From IMG/VR virus record IMGVR_UViG_3300032053_000031: a stretch of 64,000 nucleotides of DNA. One strand, written 5' to 3'. This stretch comes from a virus (Duplodnaviria > Heunggongvirae > Uroviricota > Caudoviricetes). The notes under the pieces are model-generated. The model was not told the origin of the DNA. It made no database searches and worked only from the letters and a program-made list of their open reading frames with translations. Position numbers and translations under genes: made by a program. Below, one piece after another: positions 26,848 through 35,345 of this stretch (positions within the stretch are counted from its first letter, which is position 1; each line of letters begins with the position of its first letter).

Positions 26848-28227
26848 ATGAAAAGGTATCAACTTCAATATTTACGATTGGGCTTCGCAAATAACTCGTC
26901 GTCGTCCCATTCAGTCATCATTGTCGATCCGAAGTACAAAGGGATAGATAATGGACCCGATTCCGACAACTATGGATGGGAACATTTTCTTTGTGCGACA
27001 AAAGAAGCAAAGAAGGACTACGTAAAGGCTCAGATCAAAGCGGCATTTGAAGAGCCGCTTGCTTCTTTAATCTGCGGTCAGATATTTAATGAACCTCTTT
27101 CGGAAAAGGGTATTGATCATCAATCTATATGGAATCTTCCCATAGGTAGAGACGGGGCAAGAAATATAGAATACTTCAAGGAGATGGTCAAACAAATTCT
27201 AGAAGATGACAACATCGCTATAGAAGGTGGAAATGATAATGGTGATGACGACATCGTCTACGGGAAGAGACGAATGGATAAAGCACCTCATGGCACTTGC
27301 GTCCGAAAAGAAAAGAATGGAGTCTGGACCTTCTTTAGCAAAGTAGATGGAACTAAAGTTAGGTTGTCTCCCGAATTCCAGGGGCTTGAGAAGAATAGAA
27401 AAGCCGACACTCCTGAATTAGTGGATGTAAAAATAACAGACTACTGCAACGCAGGATGTAGCTTCTGTTATCAAAATTCTAGTCCGAAAGGAAAACATGC
27501 GGACTACAATGATTTCGTTCGTTTGATGGAGACTCTAGATAAGTTAAACGTCTTCGAGGTTGTTCTTGGAGGAGGAGAACCTACATCTCATCCAAGATTC
27601 GCGGATATGTTAAAAGTTGCACACGATCATAATATGGTCCCGAACTTCACGACCAGAACAACTGACTGGGTACAGGATGAGAAGATTCGGAAATCAGTCA
27701 CCGATTATGTCGGAAGTATAGCATTATCGTGTAATAACTTTACTGACCTCCTACCTAAGCTACAGCTGGTAGAAAAGGTAATGGGAAAGGAAGATAGATA
27801 TAATCTGGCCTATAAGATCATTCCTCAATTTATAGTGGGAATAACTCCCATAGAACAGATCGCGGGATGCATGAAGGAATTAACCAAACGAGCCAGAGAA
27901 GATGAGCTCGGTTATCATCGATCACTTTCTTTGGTAGGCTTTAAACCTGCGGGGAGAGCGAAGGATATAAAACCTCTTCCTGTGGGTAATGTAGAAGAGG
28001 CTCTCGACAAAGTAGTGTATCGCATGTCAGTTGATACCGCTCTCCTGAAGCAATGTCCGGAACTAAAAGCGGGAAGGGATTTAGAGATAGAAACAAAAGA
28101 AGGACTCAATTCGTTGTACATTGATCTCGTGGAGAAGACAATGTGTGAATCAAGTTATACTGGTAAGGCAGTACCGGTTAACGTCGACGACCATGAGGCA
28201 ATCAACAAGTACTTCGAATCGTTGTAA
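26848..28227 (+). CDS. radical SAM domain protein (459 aa)
   Basis: CNAGCSFC is the CxxxCxxC radical SAM cluster motif; GGGEPT; CGGAGG RBS. Substrate unknown. Confidence 0.65.
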   Translation: MKRYQLQYLRLGFANNSSSSHSVIIVDPKYKGIDNGPDSDNYGWEHFLCATKEAKKDYVKAQIKAAFEEPLASLICGQIFNEPLSEKGIDHQSIWNLPIGRDGARNIEYFKEMVKQILEDDNIAIEGGNDNGDDDIVYGKRRMDKAPHGTCVRKEKNGVWTFFSKVDGTKVRLSPEFQGLEKNRKADTPELVDVKITDYCNAGCSFCYQNSSPKGKHADYNDFVRLMETLDKLNVFEVVLGGGEPTSHPRFADMLKVAHDHNMVPNFTTRTTDWVQDEKIRKSVTDYVGSIALSCNNFTDLLPKLQLVEKVMGKEDRYNLAYKIIPQFIVGITPIEQIAGCMKELTKRAREDELGYHRSLSLVGFKPAGRAKDIKPLPVGNVEEALDKVVYRMSVDTALLKQCPELKAGRDLEIETKEGLNSLYIDLVEKTMCESSYTGKAVPVNVDDHEAINKYFESL

Positions 28228-28557
28228 CTCAGCAGTTCCGTAAGTCCTGTGGATAGTGTGCTGGGCAAGGTAACCATAACCTGTGGATGGCTTAGGTAGC
28301 CTCCCACGCTCCGTTCAAGAAATGGGATCTCCTAACGGACCCGAACATCAATAACGTTAGAGCCTGAAAGGAGATTTGGCACACACAGCTTGGTAGGGAC
28401 AGAGGATGGGTTAAGGAGGAACATCTACTACTTTAACTACTTGGAGCTACGAGATAAGATTATATTAAATCAAACTACGAAGGTTACTGGAGGCTATACA
28501 GAGTAGGGCTGAACAACTCCAAGACAGTCCAAAATGTATAGTCTCCAGTCAATTTCA

Positions 28558-28806
28558 ATGAAAAATAATCTATGTTGTTCACTTAACCCTTATTGCTATT
28601 GTACAATTTGTAATATACGATTCTGTATGAAGTGTTTTATTAAGTCGAAACATATCAGAATTATTTCGGGTACTTCAGAAGAGGAATTTCCTTTGTGTGA
28701 CTGGGGAAAATGTAAGGAACATAATTTACAATGGGATCCTGACAGACCTGGAGCAGCGGGCACAATGTACTTTATTATTCCAGAAAGGAGTAAGCATGTC
28801 AACTAG
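28558..28806 (+). CDS. LCC-family small Cys-rich protein
   Basis: MKNNLCCSLNPYCYCTICNIRFCMKCF. Confidence 0.6.
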   Translation: MKNNLCCSLNPYCYCTICNIRFCMKCFIKSKHIRIISGTSEEEFPLCDWGKCKEHNLQWDPDRPGAAGTMYFIIPERSKHVN

Positions 28807-29026
28807 ATGTTTAGTTTGTCTTATTCATCCTAAGAGGGCTGGTTTTGTTAATTCTCAATGTGCTAAGTGCAATGAGCCTCTTTGTGAAGACTGCTCCCGT
28901 CTTAACCACATCATACCTATATCTAACAATTATGATAACACATTAAATTGGAATCATTATCATAAGGAATGCTTTCCGCAAGAGTATGAAAGTCAACGAT
29001 CTGGAAAGTTAGGGAGGACAATATGA
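28796..29026 (+). CDS. LCC-family (CLxC variant, GW.HxEC subgroup) small Cys-rich protein
   Basis: AAAGGAG RBS; MSTRCLVCLIHPKRAGFVNSQCAKCNEPLCEDCS...NWNHYHKECFP. Confidence 0.55.
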   Translation: MSTRCLVCLIHPKRAGFVNSQCAKCNEPLCEDCSRLNHIIPISNNYDNTLNWNHYHKECFPQEYESQRSGKLGRTI

Positions 29027-29250
29027 GTAAGTGGTCAAAGAAGTGGTACAAGAATGAGGAAGAGAAGCTTGCCGCGGAGAAGACGGAAAAGTCTAATAGG
29101 ACTCCTGGCAAGCAGAACCGCAACACGAGCTTCATGAACACCAAGAGAGAACTGAAAGAAGCTCTTCAGAGAAGGGAAGTAAGGATGCAGAAGCATCTCG
29201 AACTCATGTCGAAGCAGCCGAAGAATGAGAAGAAGGAGGCTGCGGCATGA
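29023..29250 (+). CDS. hypothetical basic/coiled-coil protein
   Basis: Track ORF; K/E-rich. Confidence 0.4.
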   Translation: MSKWSKKWYKNEEEKLAAEKTEKSNRTPGKQNRNTSFMNTKRELKEALQRREVRMQKHLELMSKQPKNEKKEAAA

Positions 29251-29360
29251 TCGCTGACATAGTAGTATTGTGTCTGTTAGCGTTGATCTTCCGTAAGGCC
29301 ATCATTAAGGCTGCAGCATACGTAATAGGTCAAATCAAACAAACAGGCAAAGACCTGTAA
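29247..29360 (+). CDS. small hydrophobic peptide (37 aa)
   Basis: Short ORF not in the track; ATGA overlap with upstream stop; MIADIVVLCLLALIF... Confidence 0.3.
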   Translation: MIADIVVLCLLALIFRKAIIKAAAYVIGQIKQTGKDL

Positions 29361-29374
29361 AAGGAGATGAACGA

Positions 29375-30256
29375 ATGGCGACGAATGACGAACTGACCTT
29401 CGCGAAGAAGGTACTGAAGGCGATCGTGGGAGGCATCCTACTGATCACTTTCTTCACGTGCTGGGTGACCATCCAGCAAGGTGAGGTAGGAGTAGTGTTT
29501 AACAAGTATCACGGCGGCGTATCTCCCGTGATCCTGAATCAGGGATGGCACCTCCGGATTCCTCTCGTACAGAGGATCACAGCGTATCCAGTGGCACTCC
29601 GAACGTATTCGAAGATAGGTCAGGGCGAAGGAACCAATACAGAGAATGGTCTAGTGACATTACCTACGACGGGCGGCCAGCATATCGACCAGCAGATGTC
29701 GATCACGTATCACGTGCAGCCTGATAAGGCAGCGATGGTGTTCGATAGGTTCAAGGGCGCAGACATCGAGACCATCGAAGAGGACTTCATCCGAAGGAAT
29801 GTCCAAGGCGTTGCTACGTCGGTAACGGGTACGTATGACCTGATGGAAGTCCTTGGACCGAAGAAGAATGAGATCCAGGAGAAGATACTGCAAGGCGTGA
29901 AGGAGCGGCTGGAGCCATTTGGTTTTGTTGTTGACCAAGTGAATTTAGGATACGCCAAACCTCCAGAAACGATCGAGGTGGCGCTACAGACGAAGATGAA
30001 GGCCGAACAAGAAGCAGATCAAGCTAAGTATAAACTTATCGAACAAGAGACCTTAGCAAAAGCTAAGATAGCTGCAGCAGAAGGTGAAGCCAAAGCGAAC
30101 TCGTTAGTTCGCCAGCAACTGTCTCCTGAGTTCTTACAGTTCAAGTCGTTACAGGTACGTGAAGCCGCTATCGCGAAATGGGATGGACAATTGCCGACGC
30201 AATTTGTTCCGGGCTCGGCAATTCCGTTCATCAACCTCAACAACACGAAGGAATAA
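29375..30256 (+). CDS. SPFH/band-7 (prohibitin/HflK-like) membrane protein
   Basis: AAGGAG RBS; N-terminal TM; EVGVVFNKYHGG...GWHLRIPLVQRI band-7 core; C-terminal coiled-coil. Confidence 0.7.
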   Translation: MATNDELTFAKKVLKAIVGGILLITFFTCWVTIQQGEVGVVFNKYHGGVSPVILNQGWHLRIPLVQRITAYPVALRTYSKIGQGEGTNTENGLVTLPTTGGQHIDQQMSITYHVQPDKAAMVFDRFKGADIETIEEDFIRRNVQGVATSVTGTYDLMEVLGPKKNEIQEKILQGVKERLEPFGFVVDQVNLGYAKPPETIEVALQTKMKAEQEADQAKYKLIEQETLAKAKIAAAEGEAKANSLVRQQLSPEFLQFKSLQVREAAIAKWDGQLPTQFVPGSAIPFINLNNTKE

Positions 30257-30303
30257 TCAAAGTCGACAGAGAAGGTTCTACTCCTTCTCTGTCGCACAAT
30301 TTT

Positions 30304-30510
30304 ATGGCAAAGGGCAAACTATGCTGTCTCGTAAATACATTCGTTGAATGTCCTCGTTGTCACAAGAAGCAGTGTCCCCAATGTCACTTTGGAGATAGAT
30401 TATGGACACAGTTAAGTAAGATGCCTTCTTCTGTGATGAAAGAATGGCTTGATCCCCTAGAAGGCAATATACACCACCTAGCATGTGATGAGTGTCGGAA
30501 GATTAAATGA
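30304..30510 (+). CDS. LCC-family small Cys-rich protein
   Basis: MAKGKLCCLVNTFVECPRCHKKQCPQCH. Confidence 0.6.
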   Translation: MAKGKLCCLVNTFVECPRCHKKQCPQCHFGDRLWTQLSKMPSSVMKEWLDPLEGNIHHLACDECRKIK

Positions 30511-30860
30511 ATACACTTCTACTACTCATAATCTATATAGTACTGTATGTGTTGAGTATAGCAACAATAAGATATGGATGGTGCCCTTTCGACAAGGTTG
30601 GCCGCCTCACAGACTGTGCTTGTGGCTTTCCTTATAGTTTTACAGAAGGCTGGTGTAATGTAGAGAAGTGTGATAAATGCCACTTGAAATTCTTATGTGA
30701 GCTTCCCAAATGGACACATCCTATTCTGGATAAGCTAGGGGCCGCTATAATATTATCACTACTCCCGCTTATTGTTACCCTCTTCATATGTGTAGCCCTT
30801 TATGTAAAATGGCATAAGAAGAGATGTCTGGTGAATATACTTAGCAGGGTTAAAGCATGA
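30507..30860 (+). CDS. membrane protein with Cys-rich loop
   Basis: N- and C-terminal TM helices; CPFDKVGRLTDCACGFPYSFTEGWCNVEKCDKCH. Confidence 0.45.
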   Translation: MNTLLLLIIYIVLYVLSIATIRYGWCPFDKVGRLTDCACGFPYSFTEGWCNVEKCDKCHLKFLCELPKWTHPILDKLGAAIILSLLPLIVTLFICVALYVKWHKKRCLVNILSRVKA

Positions 30861-31084
30861 ACTGTCGAATGTGTAATTTCTTTGAGAACGTAGGAAGGGA
30901 ACTTTATAAGTGTGCCAAGTGTTGGAAGCAGATATGTGATGACTGCCGGAAGAAGAACCATCTAGTTGCATACCAAGAAGACATTAGAATACCTTCTTTA
31001 GGGTGGTATCATGATGAGTGTCTTCCTTCAGAACCTTATCCTAGATGTGATAGCAATTCTACATGTGATTGCCAAATTAGTTAA
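30857..31084 (+). CDS. divergent LCC-family-related Cys-rich protein (MNC.C / GW.HDEC subgroup)
   Basis: MNCRMCNFF...CAKCWKQICDDCRKKNH...GWYHDECLP; paralog of 12761..13006. Confidence 0.5.
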   Translation: MNCRMCNFFENVGRELYKCAKCWKQICDDCRKKNHLVAYQEDIRIPSLGWYHDECLPSEPYPRCDSNSTCDCQIS

Positions 31085-31085
31085 T

Positions 31086-31156
31086 GCCGGCGTAGCTCAA
31101 TGGTAGAGCAGCGGTTTTGTAAACCGCCTACGGGGGTTCGATTCCTCTCGCCGGCT
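31086..31156 (+). tRNA. tRNA-Thr (anticodon TGT), CCA not encoded
   Basis: Acceptor gccggcg/cgccggc; D-arm gctc-aatggta-gagc; anticodon stem gcggt/accgc with loop ttTGTaa; T-loop ttcgatt. Confidence 0.7.
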
Positions 31157-31164
31157 AACAATTT

Positions 31165-31377
31165 ATGAAGACAAAGTTATGTTGCATTGTTAATCCTTAT
31201 TTTAAGTGTACTGACTGTGAGTGGAGGCTGTGTTACACCTGCTTTATGATTCAACCATCGCATGGAGAGACATATATTGAAGAATGTAATGCCTACAAAA
31301 GTAGTGCTATGTGGATACACTTCAAGGAATGTAGAGACTGTTTCCTTAAAAATAGAAGAAGTGTAGCAGTAGCTTAA
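31165..31377 (+). CDS. LCC-family small Cys-rich protein
   Basis: MKTKLCCIVNPYFKCTDCEWRLCYTCF. Confidence 0.65.
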   Translation: MKTKLCCIVNPYFKCTDCEWRLCYTCFMIQPSHGETYIEECNAYKSSAMWIHFKECRDCFLKNRRSVAVA

Positions 31378-31381
31378 CTGT

Positions 31382-31609
31382 ATGTATCATAACGACAACC
31401 ATCCATTATGTTGTTTGATTCACGGAGATAAACATGACAGATGTGGATTCTGTCATCTTCCTGCTTGTAGCTGGCAATGTAAGGATCACTTTGTGACATT
31501 AAAGAATGGGAGGGTTCTCTGTCGCAAGCGTCCGGAAGAAAATCTCTTAGCCATAGAACAATTAAGAGAAGGAGCTGTTCCTGAAGAACTACTACAACCA
31601 AGTCAATGA
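31382..31609 (+). CDS. LCC-family small Cys-rich protein
   Basis: MYHNDNHPLCCLIHGDKHDRCGFCHLPACSWQC. Confidence 0.6.
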   Translation: MYHNDNHPLCCLIHGDKHDRCGFCHLPACSWQCKDHFVTLKNGRVLCRKRPEENLLAIEQLREGAVPEELLQPSQ

Positions 31610-31899
31610 AACAATTTAAGAAAGGCGATTGGGTATTTCACATTAAATGTAAATGTGACTTTGAAGGAGTATTAGGTCAAGTGATATTTGATGATGCAGT
31701 TCGGTGTCGAGCCGCTGCCGTTGATGGTCAAGACTATGTCATCGTCAAGTTCTTTTCTAAGAGGCTGCATGGGTTAGGCTACTGTAAGGAATCGCCAATT
31801 CTTACAGGGGAACTGCGTCATGCGACACTCAAAGAAGTAAAAGATAGTGTACTGCCTATAGCAGTACACGGAGAATACAGAATCAAAGGGAGGAACTAA
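31606..31899 (+). CDS. hypothetical protein
   Basis: Track ORF; ATGA overlap. Confidence 0.4.
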   Translation: MKQFKKGDWVFHIKCKCDFEGVLGQVIFDDAVRCRAAAVDGQDYVIVKFFSKRLHGLGYCKESPILTGELRHATLKEVKDSVLPIAVHGEYRIKGRN

Positions 31900-31900
31900 A

Positions 31901-32200
31901 ATGAGCAATGTACCAAGTCTCCAAGAACTGAAGAAGAAGTTCTCGAGAGTCATAGTAAAGCATCTTCGCCAAGAGAAACCCGAAGAGACGTGCGTCGTGC
32001 TGATCAAAGATCGAGCCGTATACGTCGGACGATCTCGTTGTTCGAAAGGGGATCAGTTCTGCAAGAAGAGGGGTCGAATAATCGCCATCGGCCGAGCTTG
32101 GAGGATGTATGAACTCGGCGGCGCCGATCTCCTCGGCAGTCAGCAGGAAGAGGAGTTCAAGACTCAGGTGGGAGAGATCCTCAACGGGAGAATGACCTAA
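31901..32200 (+). CDS. hypothetical protein
   Basis: Track ORF; GGAGG upstream. Confidence 0.45.
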   Translation: MSNVPSLQELKKKFSRVIVKHLRQEKPEETCVVLIKDRAVYVGRSRCSKGDQFCKKRGRIIAIGRAWRMYELGGADLLGSQQEEEFKTQVGEILNGRMT

Positions 32201-32457
32201 TGGCCGCTCACAAAGCAGACATCCAAGGATGGCTCGAAAGGGGGAAGAAGGAAGGTGCCACACACGTCATTGTAGTATGTGATACCTTCGACTGGGATGA
32301 CTATCCGGTATCAGTCATGCCTGGAGAGAACGCAAAGGAAAAGGCAGTTGAATACAGTGGAAAAAACATGCAACAGGTTATGGAGGTCTACTCCTTAACG
32401 GGCAAGTATTCCATTGAGAGTCAGCTGGATGAGAGGAGAGCTCATCACTACGACTAG
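32200..32457 (+). CDS. hypothetical protein
   Basis: Track ORF; 1-nt overlap. Confidence 0.45.
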   Translation: MAAHKADIQGWLERGKKEGATHVIVVCDTFDWDDYPVSVMPGENAKEKAVEYSGKNMQQVMEVYSLTGKYSIESQLDERRAHHYD

Positions 32458-32460
32458 ACT

Positions 32461-32500
32461 CCACCCCGCTTTTTTGTTGGGGAAAAGGAGTATTATATTA
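32461..32500 (+). promoter_or_regulatory. conserved intergenic element (copy 2 of 3)
   Basis: ccaccccgcttttttgttggggaaaaggagtattatatta; 19-nt core identical to copy 1. Confidence 0.5.
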
Positions 32501-32514
32501 AGGGAGGGAGTCTA

Positions 32515-32790
32515 ATGAATACCAAAGCGTTCACATTAATTGAATTAATGATAGTCGTGGCTATAGTAGGCATACTCTTAGCTATTGCCGCTCCTAAGAT
32601 AGCTCAGGTTGTTCACTGTGGCGGCTCCAAGAAGAAAAGCCTCGAGTGTTCAGAGTTCATGAGGAAGCAGGGAATGGAAAATAATTCTCAGTCTCAGCCT
32701 GTGAAACAAACGACAAACAACACCAACTGCGAACAGCTTGACGAGCTGATCGTGAAGTGCAGTGGACATGTATACAAGCGCCTCGACTAA
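32515..32790 (+). CDS. type IV pilin-like protein (prepilin-type N-terminus)
   Basis: MNTKAFTLIELMIVVAIVGILLAIAAPK matches the class III signal/N-methylation motif (FTLIE with E+5); GGGAGGGAG RBS. Confidence 0.55.
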   Translation: MNTKAFTLIELMIVVAIVGILLAIAAPKIAQVVHCGGSKKKSLECSEFMRKQGMENNSQSQPVKQTTNNTNCEQLDELIVKCSGHVYKRLD

Positions 32791-32975
32791 TGAAAAAGAA
32801 GTGGTGTCCAAATCTTTGCTGCCGGGTAAAACCTGTCATAGGCTGTTATGAATGCGACCGCTTCGTCTGTGAAGATTGTTACAGGAAATACTTCGGAGGA
32901 TGCTTCTTCTCCAAAATAGACGGTCACGATAGTCATTCTCTATGGTATGGAGAAGACTGGTACTCCTCCGAATGA
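32790..32975 (+). CDS. LCC-family small Cys-rich protein (MKKKW subgroup)
   Basis: MKKKWCPNLCCRVKPVIGCYECDRFVCEDCY; start overlaps the upstream stop by 1 nt. Confidence 0.55.
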   Translation: MKKKWCPNLCCRVKPVIGCYECDRFVCEDCYRKYFGGCFFSKIDGHDSHSLWYGEDWYSSE

Positions 32976-33220
32976 AAAAGAAGTGGGACCCTTGGCAGTG
33001 TATGGCGTTGGGGCACAAGTGGAGGAACTCTCGTTCCTACTGCTTTAGATGTAAAGCCCCTGCTCCAAGCACTCATATATCAACCGACAGATATGAATGG
33101 ATAAAAAAGAAACATCTCTGTTGTGAGATAAACAATATAGGTAAGTATTATGATAGACCTATCTGCGGAGACTGCTTAAAGAAACTTCGCCTCTCAGGTT
33201 CACCTAGAATACAACCATGA
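32972..33220 (+). CDS. LCC-family-related protein with internal LCC module (MKKKW subgroup)
   Basis: MKKKWDPWQC...CFRCKAP...KKKHLCCEINNIGKYYDRPICGDCL; its 5' end duplicates that of the upstream gene. Confidence 0.5.
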   Translation: MKKKWDPWQCMALGHKWRNSRSYCFRCKAPAPSTHISTDRYEWIKKKHLCCEINNIGKYYDRPICGDCLKKLRLSGSPRIQP

Positions 33221-33378
33221 AAGAAGAACTAAAAATAGATTGGAAAAAGATATTCAGAGGATACTTTTCATGGAAGTTTGTTGAGGAGTTTGCTCTACGG
33301 AAAGGAATAGGTTACTCTTTCTGGACCGCACTGAAGCATGCACTAGATGCTACCCTCGTTAGTCAACGGGATAACTAA
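33217..33378 (+). CDS. small hypothetical protein (53 aa)
   Basis: Short ORF not in the track; ATGA overlap; ends at the start of the radical SAM gene. Confidence 0.3.
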   Translation: MKEELKIDWKKIFRGYFSWKFVEEFALRKGIGYSFWTALKHALDATLVSQRDN

Positions 33379-34221
33379 ATGAAAATACAGACTATGTCGA
33401 TCGTGGTAGGGACCGAAGCTTGTAATGCCAAGTGCCCCTTCTGTGTAAGTAAGATGACCGGCAAGTATGATCTTCCCATTCCCACGTTTAAGAACTTCGA
33501 TAAGGCTTGTCAGTTCGCAAAGGATAGTGGAGTGTCAACTGTGCTACTCACAGGGAAAGGGGAACCTACTTTATATCCTTCACACATCACAACCTATCTG
33601 CACAGTCTCGAGAGGTATAAGTTTCCCTTCGTTGAACTGCAAACCAACGGGATCATATTAAACGATGGACTTCCTACGACCCTTTGGAATCAACTAGGGT
33701 TATCATTAATATGTCTATCCCTAGTTCACTATGAACAGAAAAAGAATAAAGCCATCTACGGAAAGTCTTACGACTTAGCTGAGAAGATAAAATGGTTACA
33801 CTCTCAGGGATTCTCCGTAAGAATGTGTATTATGATGCTTAAAGATTACGTTGACAACATGGAGGAAGTCTGGAAGATGATAGACTTCTGTAAGACAAAT
33901 GAAGTAGAGCAACTAACCATCCGCGCCGTAGAACAGCCTGCTGTATCTGCAGATAAGACCATCAGTGACTGGGTGACAGCGAATAGTCCTGATCGTGCCG
34001 AGATGGAACGTGTAGAGTTGACTCTTCATGATAAGGGTTCTCTACTAATGGAACTCCCTCATAGCGCAAAGGTCTTTGACGTAGAAGGTCAGAACGTTTG
34101 TTTTAGTACGTGTCTTACAATACGTCCTCAAGAGGGAACGGATAATATACGACAAATTATTTACTACCCCGACGGCCACATACGCTATGACTGGCGCTAC
34201 AAGGGAGCGATTCTTCTATGA
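33379..34221 (+). CDS. radical SAM domain protein (280 aa; activase/QueE-like architecture)
   Basis: N-terminal CNAKCPFC (CxxxCxxC) and GKGEPTLYP (GGEP-like) motifs. Confidence 0.65.
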   Translation: MKIQTMSIVVGTEACNAKCPFCVSKMTGKYDLPIPTFKNFDKACQFAKDSGVSTVLLTGKGEPTLYPSHITTYLHSLERYKFPFVELQTNGIILNDGLPTTLWNQLGLSLICLSLVHYEQKKNKAIYGKSYDLAEKIKWLHSQGFSVRMCIMMLKDYVDNMEEVWKMIDFCKTNEVEQLTIRAVEQPAVSADKTISDWVTANSPDRAEMERVELTLHDKGSLLMELPHSAKVFDVEGQNVCFSTCLTIRPQEGTDNIRQIIYYPDGHIRYDWRYKGAILL

Positions 34222-34394
34222 ACATTGATGAAAATGATAAGGAGACTGTCAAGCGTCTCAGAGAGTTTGTACAGGCGTTTGATGACATGGCCTTCTCATT
34301 TTTAGTATCGAGCGGAGGTCATCTTGATTCCGTCAAGCAGAGAGGATATGATAAAGCATTAGCGGCCCGTGTGAAAATAAACGACATAACATAG
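34218..34394 (+). CDS. small hypothetical protein (58 aa)
   Basis: Short ORF not in the track; ATGA overlap with the radical SAM stop. Confidence 0.35.
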   Translation: MNIDENDKETVKRLREFVQAFDDMAFSFLVSSGGHLDSVKQRGYDKALAARVKINDIT

Positions 34395-34396
34395 AT

Positions 34397-34597
34397 ATGA
34401 ATGTGATATCTCAAAGACTTTGTTGCTCCTTAAGAGGGGATATGTTATGTCTGAAGTGTTGGAGACGCTATTGTCTCTCCTGTATGGAACAGCTTCATCA
34501 TTCATCTCATTGTGAGGACAGTCACATAGTCTGTTATTGTGGCGCAACGGGAAAGCAAAGATGGCGAAATATTAAATGGAACGAAGTCTACCCCTAA
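34397..34597 (+). CDS. LCC-family small Cys-rich protein
   Basis: MNVISQRLCCSLRGDMLCLKCWRRYCLSCM. Confidence 0.6.
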   Translation: MNVISQRLCCSLRGDMLCLKCWRRYCLSCMEQLHHSSHCEDSHIVCYCGATGKQRWRNIKWNEVYP

Positions 34598-34791
34598 TGA
34601 AATTACATCGTCTACTTTGTAAGGCACTAGGCCACGAAAGATTTTATACTCCTGGGTTTGGTTTTAATCTTAAGTGTCTCCGGTGTAGTCAATCTCTTTG
34701 TAGAGACTGCGGATGTAATACAAGACCAGGCCAAGGAAGTGCTAGATGTAAATCCTGTTGGAATGATCGCCGAGCAGAGAAATGTCTGTGA
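34576..34791 (+). CDS. divergent LCC-family-related Cys-rich protein
   Basis: ...LLCKALGHERFYTPGFGFNLKCLRCSQSLCRDCG. Confidence 0.4.
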   Translation: MERSLPLMKLHRLLCKALGHERFYTPGFGFNLKCLRCSQSLCRDCGCNTRPGQGSARCKSCWNDRRAEKCL

Positions 34792-34982
34792 ACCTCATCA
34801 ATCAATCTAATGTACGAGCTCTTCTCCGTAATCTTCAAAAGAGAACGAGCCAAGAGTTCTTAGAACAACTCAATAGCGAAGTTGCTAGAATGGTGAAGAG
34901 GGCTTCGCGTAACGCAACGAAGAAACACAAACGGTCTCATCATACCGTTAAAGCGGAAGACCTTAGATGGGAGTGGGCGTAA
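34782..34982 (+). CDS. hypothetical basic protein
   Basis: Track ORF. Confidence 0.35.
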   Translation: MSVNLINQSNVRALLRNLQKRTSQEFLEQLNSEVARMVKRASRNATKKHKRSHHTVKAEDLRWEWA

Positions 34983-35099
34983 CATGTCTTACACAGATAA
35001 GTCTCTTCCTTTTGTACGTAGCCATTTAATAGTCACTCTTAAGAGAATAGTTCTCTTAAAGAGAGGACGGATGTGTCCTGAATGTAAACAACCGGAGAT

Positions 35100-35345
35100 A
35101 TGGTCATGACGACTCTCAAAGAACAAATCAGGAAAGTCATTATAGATATTATCTCTAAAAGACAGCGACTATGTTGCACAATTCATCCAGAGCATGTTTG
35201 TAACAAATGTAACTATACACTGTGCAATTTATGTTGTAGTGCCTTACGGGGAATAGATTCTGCTAATGAAGGAAAAAACTTGGTATATGACGACCATCTT
35301 TTGCACACCCCCAACTGTAAGGGACAGGTGAGGTCTAAGATATGA
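35100..35345 (+). CDS. LCC-family small Cys-rich protein
   Basis: ...KRQRLCCTIHPEHVCNKCNYTLCNLCC. Confidence 0.6.
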   Translation: MVMTTLKEQIRKVIIDIISKRQRLCCTIHPEHVCNKCNYTLCNLCCSALRGIDSANEGKNLVYDDHLLHTPNCKGQVRSKI

